This document shows positions 1 to 12,701 of a DNA stretch of 64,000 nucleotides, one piece after another; position 1 is the stretch's first letter, and every line of letters begins with the position of its first letter. Origin of the DNA: Octopus sinensis (Eukaryota); contig NC_043001.1 of the NCBI RefSeq assembly GCF_006345805.1, positions 66,216,001 through 66,280,000 of the forward strand. The letters are read 5' to 3'. The position numbers were made by a program, and so were the translations under genes. Below the pieces are notes generated by a model. The model was not told where the DNA came from. It saw only the letters and a list, made by a program, of their open reading frames with translations, and did no database searches.

Positions 1-243
1 TTATTTGTATTTATTTTATCTAGCTTAACCTTTTTATACTTATAACGATTGTACTACACTACCTTGGATATCCTTGTTGCTTATTTAGATTATAATCACC
101 CCATTTGATTTATATGGATAATACCATACCAAATTTTGGTGCCTTTAACTTAAGTACCATATTCATCTGAATCTAAATTTTGCTGAACTTATATTCACAT
201 ATATATATACACATATATATGTATACATATATACATATATATG

Positions 244-278
<35 letters not shown>

Positions 279-501
279 TTGCGTGTGTGTATGTATGAGG
301 TACATATATATGTGTATGTTCATAGTATTTGCGTAAGCGCACATGTCCATTTGCTTACATGAACATTTTTATCCCCTTACTTTTACTCCCTCCTCTCACT
401 TAGCAGTCATTCAAATAGCTCTTTTGTCTTAATAACGGTCAATCACACAGTAATTTCCCTTTCTTTAACAATCATTTTCATAGCATTTTTTCCGATGGCC
501 A

Positions 502-561
502 GATAACTGAAGAGATGGCGGCGTGGATTTCCACCCCGACTTCCGAAACTCGGATTTTATC
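502..561 (+). ncRNA. Degenerate type I hammerhead ribozyme motif in a PLE-terminal-like repeat
   Basis: Stem I GATAA/TTATC, core CTGAAGA (507-513), stem II G..C containing a GTGG-ATTT-CCAC hairpin, GAAA (545-548). Stem III CTCGGA is mispaired. Confidence 0.45.
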
Positions 562-659
562 ATAGCTACCGAATAATTGTCACATATTACATTTACAGAT
601 AAATTCCTCTATTTCATAATATCGTGTTCTCTTTCTTTCTTTGTTGTCTTACCATTTCT

Positions 660-909
<250 letters not shown>

Positions 910-1147
910 ATTTAAAATTAAGGATAAAATCTTTATAAGAAATTATCAGTAGTTAGCGTGAAAAACCTCGTAAGAGAAAAAAACTGTAAATTTTTCCACT
1001 TTGAAAATATTTATTTATATTATATAGACGGTACTATTATTCATAGGTACCGCACGCTAGGAGGGACCTTTGCAGTCAAAACTACTAAAATAAACAAATT
1101 TCACCGAATGCAAAACTTCAAAGCAAGTCATTTAAAAACAGAATTTA

Positions 1148-1211
1148 GTTACATATCACCTGTGATTTCGCAATCAATGCAGAATATGCATTCTATGCTC
1201 TTCAGTGCAAC
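1148..1211 (-). ncRNA. Type I hammerhead ribozyme (mirror copy)
   Basis: Reverse complement of 1664-1727 with all core nucleotides retained. Confidence 0.75.
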
Positions 1212-1663
1212 GAACTCAAGACATGTAAGAAAAAACACAAACTAGCATAGCCGACAGCCATCCGTAGAATTCGTCGTAGCATGTACGAATGTTTATCTTT
1301 ACATATCTATGAAAATGGCGAGCTTATTCGCAATGCATTTCGGTAACAATTTGCCTATTCGGAACAAAAATTCAGTATTGAACTATTCCGGTGAAAAATA
1401 TAAATTCACGCGTAAGCGCACATGATAACTACTGATAATTTCTTATAAAGATTTTATCCTTAATTTTAAATTTATATTTTTCACCGGAATAGTTCAATAC
1501 TGAATTTTTGTTCCGAATAGGCAAATTGTTACCGAAATGCATTGCGAATAAGCCCGCCATTTTCATAGATATGTAAAGATAAACATTAGTACATGCTACG
1601 ACGAATTCTACGGTTGACTGTCGGGTATGCTATCTTGTGTTTTTTCTTACATGTCTTGAGTTC

Positions 1664-1727
1664 GTTGCACTGAAGAGCATAGAATGCATATTCTGCATTG
1701 ATTGCGAAATCACAGGTGATATGTAAC
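1664..1727 (+). ncRNA. Type I hammerhead ribozyme
   Basis: Stem I GTTGCA/TGTAAC, core CTGAAGA, stem II GCA..TGC with an inner AGAAT/ATTCT hairpin, GAAA, stem III ATCAC-AG-GTGAT, cleavage triplet AUA (after 1721). Confidence 0.8.
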
Positions 1728-1854
1728 TAAATTCTGTTTTTAAGTGACTTGCTTTGAAGTTTTGCATTCGGTGAAATTTGTTTATTTTAGTAGTTTTGAC
1801 TGCAAAGGTCCCTCCTAGCGTGCGGTACCTATGAATAATTACCCTCTATATAAA

Positions 1855-1932
<78 letters not shown>

Positions 1933-2165
1933 TGATATAAAAAATATATGGCTTGTGTTAGTAATACCAGCGATTATAATTATTTTTATTTTATCGCAAT
2001 TTGATTTGTTTACATATTTCTCGATATTATGAGCGCCAGGCGATATACCAGAATTCCCTAGTGTTGTCGGGACGTTCGGAGTCTGCGCAGTGATATGATT
2101 AGTTAGGGAGAGTAATTCATTAGACGCACATGCTTCTAGTGAGTTAGGATCCCAGAAAAACAGGG

Positions 2166-2237
2166 TCTCACTGAAGAATTCTCCCTGGGCAAATAAATTA
2201 TCTTTATTGCTGAAAAGAAAGAAACTGCAGTCTGAGA
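2166..2237 (+). ncRNA. Type I hammerhead with palindromic stem III
   Basis: TCTCA-CTGAAGA...GAAA-CTGCAG-TC-TGAGA; cleavage triplet GUC. The 10.1/11.1 position is A-A rather than a pair. Confidence 0.65.
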
Positions 2238-2559
2238 ATTACCGGTTTAGTAAATGTTTTTATCTTCATTTCACTTAATTTATCAAGCTTCTGTATTCCT
2301 AGCACATATTTCGCCTTAATGTACTGATATATGAAAAATATATGGCTTGTGTTAGTAATACCAGCGATTATAATTATTTTTATTTTATCGCAATTTGATT
2401 TGTTTACATATTTCTCGATAATTATGAGCGCCAGGCGATATACCAGAATTCCCTAGTGTTGTCGGACGTTCGGAGTCTGCGCAGTGATATGATTAGTTAG
2501 GGAGAGTAATTCATTAGACGCACATGCTTCTAGTGAGTTAGGATCCCAGAAAAACAGGG

Positions 2560-2630
2560 TCTCACTGAAGAATTCTCCCTGGGCAAATAAATTATCTTTA
2601 TTGCTGAAAGAAAGAAACTGCAGTCTGAGA
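2560..2630 (+). ncRNA. Type I hammerhead with palindromic stem III (second unit)
   Basis: Same motif as 2166-2237, 394 bp downstream. Confidence 0.65.
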
Positions 2631-2817
2631 ATTACGGTTTAGTATTTTTTATTTCATTTCATTAATTTATCAAGCTTCTGTATTCCTAGCACATATTTCG
2701 CTTAATGTACTGATATATGAAAAATATATGGCTTGTGTTAGTAATACCAGCGATTATAATTATTTATTTTATCGCAATTTGATTTGTTATATATACATAT
2801 ATATACATATATATACA

Positions 2818-2849
<32 letters not shown>

Positions 2850-2850
2850 C

Positions 2851-2931
<81 letters not shown>

Positions 2932-2955
2932 TATACATATATATGCATATATATA

Positions 2956-3000
<45 letters not shown>

Positions 3001-3003
<3 letters not shown>

Positions 3004-3103
3004 CGCAGGAGAGGCTGTGTGGCAAATAGCTTGCTTACAAACCACATGTGAGTGAATTTGGCAGACGGAAACCGAAAGAAGTCTGTCGTATATATATGTG
3101 TGC

Positions 3104-3138
<35 letters not shown>

Positions 3139-3325
3139 TCCACTATCGCTTGACAACCGATGCTTGTGTGTTTACGTCCCCGTAACTAAGCGCTTTGGCA
3201 AATGAGACCGACAGAATAAGTACTTGGATTACAAAAAGTAAATCCTGAGGCCGATCTGTTCGACTAAAAAGCAGTGCTCCAACATGGCCGCAGTCAAATG
3301 ACTGAATCAAATAAAAGAATAAAAG
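3001..3325 (+). mobile_element. tRNA-derived SINE, octopus family A (internal CA/TA tract), internally deleted
   Basis: Head AGGCGCAGGAG.GGCTGTGTGG and tail GGCCGCAGTCAAATGACTGAA; homologous to the reverse copy at 35455-35852. Confidence 0.8.
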
Positions 3326-3421
3326 ATTTTATATATATATATATAAATGGGGCGGTGCCCCAGCATGGCCACAGCTCATAAGCTGAAACTGGTAAAATCA
3401 AAAAAAAAAAATCAAAAAAAA

Positions 3422-3480
<59 letters not shown>

Positions 3481-3483
<3 letters not shown>

Positions 3484-4030
3484 AGGTTATAATGGATACA
3501 GTTTGTGTATCAAATAGCTATCTTAATGCGATGGCCTCATGGAGCTAATCAGCAACAGCTTTTAGTCTTATATCTCTAAGACTGCCATATTAATACGGCG
3601 ATAACAATTAATTTCCAGTAAGGCTGCCGTAATCTCTTTTAGAGAGACTTAGTAATTTTAATATTTATATTATTGAAAACAAGTGGATGTATTCCACCGA
3701 AACTAGGTAAATAAAACCTTCGAACAGAGACGATCAGTGGCGACACCTGCTGGGTCGACTACGCTACATTGACAAAGGGCAAATACCCTGAAACGCGTCT
3801 GTAGCTGTCTGACTAGCAGTGTGAAGCGGCTGACCTCCCTTGTTCGAAGGTTATAATGGATACAGTTTGTGTATCAAATAGCTATCTTAAGGCGATGGCC
3901 TCATGGAGCTAATCAGCGACAGCTTTTAGTCTTATATCTATAAGACTGCCATATTAATATGGCGATAACAATTAATTTCCAGTAACGCTGCCGTAATCTC
4001 TTTTAGAGAGACTTAGTAATTTTAATATTT
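3481..4030 (+). repeat. 1.5 tandem copies of a 364-bp unit containing a U3-A8 hammerhead
   Basis: CGAAGGTTATAATGGATACAG recurs at 3481 and 3845, with ~185 bp duplicated; flanked by (CA)n and (TA)n. Confidence 0.88.
3763..3805 (+). ncRNA. Minimal type I hammerhead, C3U/G8A variant core
   Basis: GCTACA-TTGACAA-AGGG(CAAATA)CCCT-GAAA-CGCG-TC-TGTAGC: perfect stems I and II, palindromic ACGCGT stem III, GUC site. Confidence 0.75.
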
Positions 4031-4039
4031 CTATTATTT

Positions 4040-4080
<41 letters not shown>

Positions 4081-4375
4081 AAAATTAATGAAAACAGCTA
4101 TTTGCAATGTTTTACCGTAAAGGAAAATTATACATACATACATACATACATGAACACCCACATGCACATACACATACATATATCCAAATCTTTGACGTAA
4201 GTCACCTTCTGGTTTAGATTTCAACTCCAGATCTAATACAATCCATATTTTATTGTATTTACTTCATTTTTCATCTCTTCAACTATCTTTCTTGTTCTGT
4301 TTACTTTATTCTATTTTCAGAATGTTTCCATTATTATTTCAGCAGGAAAGGCGTTAGATACCAGAAAAGTCTGTG

Positions 4376-4377
<2 letters not shown>

Positions 4378-4460
<83 letters not shown>
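4378..4460. repeat. (TG)n microsatellite
   Basis: Read directly. Confidence 0.97.
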
Positions 4461-4464
<4 letters not shown>

Positions 4465-5811
4465 TTAGTTACAATCTTTGACGTTGTGTGCTCAAATACT
4501 GTTGAGGTCGGGTTTACGTTTCCTCCTTTCAATAAAAGTAAAATACCAGACAAGTACACTGGACATGACCTTATCACACACGTCAGATAATGCGAAGTCG
4601 ATATTTATCTGAGAGTTTATTACTAGTATAGCAGTTTTAACAGTGACTTATCTATAATGAGGACATGGGTTCGATTTTCATTCACTCTTATTTCCTGTCA
4701 ATGTTGGATATATAATTCTCAAAAAAAAATAATAATTAAACATGTCAACACATTATTATAGTCCAATCCTCGTTTACTTGTCACTAAATCTATACTGGTC
4801 AATGAAGTAGTCTCGAAGTTGTCTCTTGAATTATTAGAAATAGCAGCAATATCAAATAGAACATAAAGCACTTTTTAATCATAGGTCTGTTGGAACCGGA
4901 TCGATCTGAAACTAAACTACAAAAAATAAAATATAAATTCATCACTCCGGCCGTGACCATCCTTTTTTTCATTCAAACTTAATTTAAGGGTTATTCTGTT
5001 GTTGTTTCTAGCAGGGAAGAGAAAGATTTGAAATAGTTACTGTCTTTCCCCGAAGATATGAAACAGTTATTGTTGTTTAGTCCCAGATCAAGCTTGATTA
5101 AATAGACCTAAGATCAAAACCATTCTTGCCATAACCATCTCGTTATTTAAGGATATCTAGGACAACATTATCTGTTTAAGTCAGCTCTAGTTAAGTCAGC
5201 TTTCTGTTTAAGCCAGCTGAGTTCGATTTCAGAAAATTTGGCTGCTATCTCTGGTAGGTTGAGCAACTAACTTGAGGTTGCCTCGGTGGCTCAAGATAAA
5301 ACAGTGTTTAATAGAAGAGCTCAGAAGGAGGTGATAAAAGATGAGGATGCGGGTATGAAAGTTGTGTAGTATTTTGGTGAAGGAGTGGTTGGTGTGATGA
5401 AAATAGGGGAGGACAGAGAGGTGGAGAAAGCTGTTCCTTCCTATGTATCAGTACGGGAATGTTGTTAAACGAGTGTAACAGTGTTTTAAACCTGCTCGAC
5501 AAGTGGGAGAATTGACTGAGTAGAGGAATTAACAGAAGGAACAGGAGTTGAGGGCAGAGAAAGAGAAACTGACAGAGTTGCAAGAAGAGGTTCGGGAAAA
5601 GCTTCCCTTCTGGGTGCAGGCGAGAAGAGGGGTACAAATTTTCATCGCGTTATACACACCTGTTAATTAAGGTGGTAACGATGAAAGTGTCTTTGCACCC
5701 GCAACACCCCACTCACCCCCACTTTCACTCTTGGGCACTGATAATGCTTGCTACGTCACTCGTTGAGGCTGACTGGGCTAATAAAGGTATAGAATGTTTA
5801 TAGTAGAAATG

Positions 5812-5871
5812 TACTAGTAGCGACTAGCAGCAGCAGCATTAGTGGTAGTAGTAGTAGTGGTGGTGGTGGTG

Positions 5872-5927
<56 letters not shown>
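5812..5927. repeat. (TAG)n/(TGG)n trinucleotide microsatellite
   Basis: Read directly. Confidence 0.95.
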
Positions 5928-5928
<1 letters not shown>

Positions 5929-6600
5929 AAGATAATTGTAGTGGTGCCAAGATATATCGGGCTTTGCCTTCTTTTGGACAACAGACATGGACAATTTTTA
6001 GTTTTCAATACATAAACTTACCTGTGTTAAGTGCAGCTCCTTCGTTTCACAAGCAACAGGGTGACCCAGCATCATACGCAAACCACACTATCTATTATAT
6101 AGAATTTGAAGATCTTTTCTGTTTGGCTGCCGATTTTCAATCTCTTCAATTCCTGCTCAAATTGATTTCATATTCGTTATAATGGGATCTAGAGTTTTTC
6201 ATTCGCAAAATATGCATTTTTTCAAAGACAGTAAAAAGTCTGAAAATCGGCTATAACAATGTAACCTTCCACTCTCATTGCTTTGAAGGTATGATGCTGT
6301 GGAGGAAAAAATTAGAGAAAAAGTTATAGTGGTTTAAAAATTGAAAAGACTGTATAATTTTAACCAATGGCGAGACAAATTTCGCAAAGGTCAACTTTGA
6401 AATTTAGAGCTTAGCATTTGACCTGTTCTTTGTAGGTTTTTAAATAAACAGAAATACTTAATAAAATTAACATGTATCATCTTACTGTTTCTTTTGCTTC
6501 TTCCTTGATTGTATGGTTTAATTTTTTTTTTATTTGTTTTATTAATATATTTGTCTGCATGAGTTTACTTTATGCGTATTTCAGTATTATGTATACCTGA

Positions 6601-6780
6601 CATTTTTGTGGGATTTTACAATCCAATGTGAATCCTTAATTGATACTCGGAGACCATACAATGTTGTGGCTGATAAAGGGAAAAAGGTAAGTAAGGTCAT
6701 GAATATTGCCATGCTTGAGGATGCACGCGTAGGTGACACAAAGTTAGAAAAGATGGAAAAATATAAAATCTAGAAGACGA
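6601..6780 (+). mobile_element. Short Dong/R4-like LINE fragment (restriction-like endonuclease region)
   Basis: Translates RRPYNVVADKGKKVSKVMNIAMLEDARVGDTKLEKMEKY, resembling the RPD..ID..EK..KY REL motif. Identical in reverse to 11378-11557. Confidence 0.7.
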
Positions 6781-7665
6781 TTTTATATGACAGTATTATG
6801 TATACCTGAAAGCGGGGCTTATCTCTTGGTTCCGTTCTCATTGTTTCACTAATCCAATAACAACAGTACAAAGTATGTAACCCTTAAAACGGATTTTGTG
6901 TATTTATTGAAAATACCGAATTCGCAAAAATTTTCTAAAAATTCCAAAAAATAAAAAAAAAGATCACAACTCGTGCTGTCACGCACAAAATAACAGCTGC
7001 CAAATCCTGTTTTCTTACTGGATGAAAATCATCAAAATTTTAAAACAATTTCTGGAAAAAGTGAAATATCTCCTGAGATTCAGTTTGGAAAACTACATTA
7101 ATGAACCAAATTTTAAAATTTTCAATAAACTTTGGATTTTCGAAAATTGGCAGCCAAACTGAAAAGATCCGGATTTGAAGTAGTGGTTATTATTTCTAAA
7201 GAGTCGTATAACCAAGTCGGGCATTCACTATTAGAAGCCTGGAATTGAGCTGCCTCTTTCAGTAAGACACTAAATATTTCTTGACTCAACCAAACTGGGA
7301 GATAGGAATATTGCTGCAAGGTCCTTATACTCATAGCCAATAAGGAGGCCTCTAAATGGTCGCTAGAAATAGCAGCCAAATCTCCATCCAATTACATATT
7401 ACAGTTTCAAATAAAGAATGAAACACCACAATGGACAACGCGGTCTCGCATTAAATTTGAAAAAAAACCAGATGGTCATGGTTGGAACTACTTTAATCAG
7501 AGATGATCTGGAACAACTTTGACTAATTTTACAGTTTCAACTTCTGTAATTTCTCAAGTACAAAGGGACACAGAAAAACTAACAACAAGCATTTCCAGAT
7601 AGTTTTAATATGAAACCAAGGCATTTTTTTTATTCTTTAATATTTTATTTTATTTTATTTCATTT

Positions 7666-7858
7666 TCAGGCGATTCGTTAGCCCACCGGGGGAAATGCTT
7701 AGCGGCATTTTGTCCATCTTCACGTTCTGAGTTCAAATTTCGCAACGGTCGACTTTGCCTTTCATCCTCCGGAGTCGATAAAATAAGTACTCTGGGGTCG
7801 GTGTCATTGACTTTACCCTTCACCCGCAATTGCTGTCTTTGTGCCAAAATTTGAAATT
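7666..7858 (+). mobile_element. tRNA-derived SINE, octopus family B
   Basis: B-box-like GTTCTGAGTTCAAAT and conserved GGTCGACTTTGCCTTTCATCC core shared with many copies in the window. Confidence 0.8.
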
Positions 7859-8140
7859 AATATTTTATTTTATTTGAGCTGTTGACCATAATTAATACTT
7901 GCAGTAGTTTAGATTGTTGGCCTCACTTATCTATCTTTCAGTTTGTATATACACACAGTTAGTATATACAGTCCAGTTAGTACATATACATATATCAATA
8001 AGTATATATAAGTCACTAAATATATACATTTTTAGTTAGTATAACTATATATACCAGTCAGTCTATACAACAGTTAGTATATACACATCCAGTTAGTACA
8101 CACATACACACATAGATATAGATATATACATACATAATAC

Positions 8141-8371
8141 TTCTTTTACTCTAGGCACAAGGCCCGAAATATTTTGGGGAAGAGGCCAGTCGATTAGATC
8201 TACCCCAGTACGCAACTGGTACTTATTTACCGATCCGGAAAGGATGAAAGGCAAAGTCGACCTCGGCGGAATTTGAACTCAGAACGTAGCGACAGAAGAA
8301 ATACATATTTCGTAACAGCAGACGAAAGCATTTCGCCCGGCGTGCTAACGTTTCTGCCAGCTCGCCGCCTT
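8141..8371 (-). mobile_element. tRNA-derived SINE, family B
   Basis: Reverse complement of the family B core (GGATGAAAGGCAAAGTCGACCTCGGCGGAATTTGAACTCAGAACG). Confidence 0.85.
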
Positions 8372-10046
8372 TCAATAAGTATATACATCAATTTGTATAT
8401 ACACTTCTAGTTAGTATATATACATAAATCAGTAAGTATATCGTATGCTATCAGCTGTCTTGTGTCTACAATTATAACACTTGAAGTGATGATTCGACAA
8501 TAATCTGAGAGCAATAGTTTGTACATCTTTAAATAAACAATAAATATTTCTGTTTATACTAGTGCAATAGCATAATACGATGTTTTCAATTGAGCTAATG
8601 GAACACATAAAACAGTCTGGCTATATCATTCAGATAAAAGTATTTTATTTTTGTTATCGTCAGTAACAAAGTTTAAAAAATGAGAATGCATTTAATGTGC
8701 TTTCTTTTATAAATGGATATTTCAAAGATTTTTTTTATGTAAGTAAACACACCCAAAGATGGCTTTTGACAGATTAGACCTGCTTTATTATTTTTTGTTT
8801 TATTTCATTTTATTTCATTCAGCCACCCCCTTGACGCATATATTTAACCAATGTGTTTGGCGGAAGATATTTATTTAAGTGGCTTCTTTGATATAAAATC
8901 ATATAAACAGAACATACATCTGACATGTGAAATAACACGAGTGACACCAAAGTAAATGCTAATGTTTCGTTTGATTCATGAAAACTGTAAAAAGACAATC
9001 CACAATGATACGCTCTCTGTTTCATACACTGCAAAGTATAAGAAATTATAATATGACTTTAAGTGCAGTCTTTTAGTTTGATTCCGATTGTGAACAACGT
9101 GACAGTTTCTTGATCAAAAACTGTTAAGGGATTTTTTTAAGTAGATTTCTTGCTTTGGACTTTCTTGATGGACTTTTTTGAATATGTAGCATCTTATCAT
9201 TGCTACTTAACACTCGATGTTACAGCTCATTTGCTAGTTATTTCGTTTCCTGTATGTTACCATTCCTTATGCTTTAGTTCATTAGAGATTATTGATTAAA
9301 GCAGTTGAGAATATTGTTTGGAATATTGAAGAGGAGTTTTAGTAAAATAAGAGAATGTATAAAGCTGAAGACATGGTACCCTGCAGGTACCATATCCATA
9401 CCTTTGGATGAGACGTTCCACAGACACGAGCCTTTACGAAGAATAGATACTCTTTACGGGGTACCTAGCAACATCTCTCGGTTCGCTTGCATTACCACTC
9501 CTTAGCTCGACATCCAACCTCGACAGCGGAAACGCGCAAACGTGCTGCCTTCCCACCGCGAAACAGGACTTCTCCGAGTTCAGGTTCAGAAATATTAACC
9601 TGATTTCCTTTCGATGTATGGCCGATCGCGTTTTCTTAGTGGTTAGTTGGCGTGGAGGCTGTGGCACGAGTAGCAGCAACGGCAACAGCTAACAAGTGCA
9701 TCAGCCGAAGCCGACAACTATGAAAACTACCACCGACTACAGCTATTGTTGTATGTTTCAAACTTGGGCTAGGATCATATTAAATTATCTCTTATTCATA
9801 CGTAAAATTATAAAATATTTCATATCCATTTCTACTTTTAGCAAAAGTGAAAGTCATTCAGATATTTACATATATAAACACTATCAATTGTCATGGCTTC
9901 CGAGATCTCGTGAAGTAACGAGATTTTGGCGTCATGGTACTATGACATCACAGCAAAAAACATGTCAATCATTTAGTCGACCTGTTTTATCTGATAGCTT
10001 GAAGCCAATCTCGATGGGATACTGTAAAAAGTCATAAATACTAACA

Positions 10047-11010
10047 ATGATACCGATCTGGCTTTTAATATATTTTGTAATGTGTAACGGTTTTGTATCT
10101 CAGAGCTGCTTGCCTTCATCAAACGCCCATTACAAAGTGGACAATAAAACGGATATCTCAAGTTCTTCGTTCAACAAAAGGATATTCTTATTTGCGGAGA
10201 CATTTACATCTTTTCTGCGGAAATTTATTCTAGGGAATTCTCAAAATAAACTTAAATTTTTGAGACAAAAAAGGAAGACTTTACACGATGAAGACTCTAT
10301 AGATAAATTAGTTTCACAAGTAAGAGATTTGACTCAGAAAACTAAAGTAGTAAGAACTGGAAATGGCAATAAAACTAGTAATATAATGCGTAATAACGGC
10401 TCAGATGTGGCAAATAATTTGTTAAAAGCCCTTACTAAGTTAATCCAAGGAAAACAAACGGATGTAACAGTTCGTAATGAAGAAGACAATCGTAAGAATA
10501 TGTCGAAAATCGTTATATCGTATAAATATCAAGGCAAGAAGTCCAATGTAGACAAGGATGTTTATGATGATGAGGAGGAGGTAGAGGAAGAAAAGTTTGA
10601 GGCTGATAAAGAGGAAGAGGATGAGGAAGTTGAAGACGACGTAGAAAAGGAGAAGAAGGAAAAGTTAAAAAAGAACGTCCTAAAAGAAATGGAATCCACA
10701 TTAGGCTTAACGGCTGAAAAAGTAAAAAAAGATAAAACCTTTACAACGATTATTATGAAACAAACCATAATTATTAACAAAACATTACCAGACGCTAAAA
10801 CACACAAAGTATATAAGACTAAAGGAAAAGTATTAAATGGGTTAAATGGGAAATCTAAGACTAAAGCAAAAATATTAAATAGATTAAAAGGGAAATATGG
10901 AGATTTCAAATTTCCAAAATCACATTCTGACAGAAAAGGAGTTCCATCATCGAAGCATAAAAATTACATGCATAATATTTCCTTTCCACCAATATTGCCT
11001 TCAGATAAAG
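10047..11010 (+). CDS. Large coding exon of an uncharacterised secreted proprotein (signal peptide, basic cleavage sites, acidic tract, Lys-rich region)
   Basis: 323-codon open frame in non-repetitive DNA. ACAATGA start, hydrophobic N-terminus MIPIWLLIYFVMCNG, RQKR at aa 73-76, several N-x-S/T sequons. A donor-like AAG|GTAGGT (phase 1) lies just before the in-frame stop. Confidence 0.75.
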
Positions 11011-11044
11011 GTAGGTAAAAAAAATACATAATACATAAACCACA

Positions 11045-11557
11045 TACAGAAGACTATATCATCATTATATTTTACTTCTCAGAGCCCTCGGTCTTACTTG
11101 CTCTAGTTGATTCTGTCAGAGATCACAGGGTTCTTTCCACAAATTATAAGACTTGGTACTTGGATACTAAGTATTATGGATGATGCACAGCACTCAAGTA
11201 CCAATCTCAAAATCCTAGTTGTCTCCAATAGTGCAGTTTGAATGGGTGGCATGCTCAGCCCTCATATCAATTCCAGTTTCTCTGACATATTTCTCGAACT
11301 TGGTTGTTATTGCTCCGGGTGTTCCTACAACTACTGGGATAACAGTCACTCTCCTCATTGCCCACATTCTTGCAATTTCGTCTTCTAGATTTTATATTTT
11401 TCCATCTTTTCTAACTTTGTGTCACCTACGCGTGCATCCTCAAGCATGGCAATATTCATGACCTTACTTACCTTTTTCCCTTTATCAGCCACAACATTGT
11501 ATGGTCTCCGAGTATCAATTAAGGATTCACATTGGATTGTAAAATCCCACAAAAATG
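11045..11557 (-). mobile_element. 5'-truncated Dong/R4-like LINE 3' end (REL domain + 3' UTR)
   Basis: Minus strand translates EIARMWAMRRVTVIPVVVGTPGAITTKFEKY..., typical of the C-terminus of RLE-type non-LTR elements. Confidence 0.7.
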
Positions 11558-11819
11558 TCAGGTATACATAATACTGAAATACGCATAAAGTAAACTCATG
11601 CAGACAAATATATTAATAAAACAAATTTTAAAAAATAATTAATTGTTCTCATATTCGTACCACTTCCATGCTCTTTCCAGAACGTACTTTACACACAGGC
11701 TCCAGTGAACAAACTTAGTCAAACTTAGTTATCTTGCCTCATTTTGTAACGCTTTTGGAACAGTTTGCTACACTTACATGTGAGATAGTTTCGCTTGTTT
11801 GCTATACTCACATACATGT

Positions 11820-12060
<241 letters not shown>

Positions 12061-12701
12061 AAGGTGAGCTGGCAAAATCATTAGCACGCCGAGCAAAATG
12101 TTTAGTGGTATTTTGTCCGTCGCTACGTTCTGAGTTCAAATTCCACCGAGGTCGACTTTACCTTTCATCTTTTCGGGGTCGATAAAAAGAGTGCTAGTTG
12201 AACAATGGGGTCGATGTAATCGACTCATCCCTCCACCAAAATTGCTGTCCTTGTGGCAAAATTTGAAACCATTATTATTATTTTTACTGCTGCTGCTGCG
12301 GCGGCGGAGGCGAGCTAGCAGAAACGTTAGCACACCGGGCGAAATGCTGAGCGGTATTTCGTCTGCCGTTACGTTGTGAGTTCAAATTCTGCCGAGGTCA
12401 ACTTTGCCTTTCATCCTTTCGAGGTCGATAAATTAAGTACCAGTTACGCACTGGGGTCGATGTAATCGACTTAATACCTATGTCTGTCCTTGTTTGTCCC
12501 CTCTATGTTTAGCCCCTTGTGGGTAATAAAAAAATAGGTATTTCGTCTGCCGTTACGTTCTGCGTTCAAATTCCGCCGAGGTCGGCTTTGCCTTTCATCC
12601 TTTCAGGGTCGAAATATTAAGTACCAGTTACACACTTGGGTCAATGTAATCGACTAGTCCCCTCCCCTCAAATTTCAGGCTTTGCGCTTTCCATAGAAAG
12701 G

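Larger units (their letters stand above)
1929..2787 (+). repeat. Head-to-tail array of ~390-bp units (2 full + 1 partial), each full unit with a hammerhead (retrozyme/PLE pLTR-like)
   Basis: Unit start GTACTGATAT..AAAAATATATGGCTTGTGTTAG recurs at 1929, 2321 and 2707; flanked by (TA)n on both sides. Confidence 0.9.

Noticed and set aside
1929-4030. Tandem arrays as CRISPR-like
   Set aside because: The units are ~360-390 bp contiguous duplicates with no unique spacers, in a eukaryotic context with no cas genes.
4317-4577. Minus ORF with LLLLKGGNVNPT (2A-like?) and a plus-strand acceptor TTTTCAG at 4320
   Set aside because: It lacks the DxExNPGP consensus and runs through (TG)n. The plus-strand mini-exon has no supporting partner.
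5308-5637. 109-aa minus ORF
   Set aside because: No recognisable motif or splice support; composition-driven.
7122-7391. 89-aa minus ORF
   Set aside because: No homology recognised, non-ATG start, adjacent to transposon-like AT-rich sequence; unsupported.
9363-9400. CTGAAGA followed by a strong hairpin
   Set aside because: No GAAA or stem III follows the hairpin, so it is not a hammerhead.
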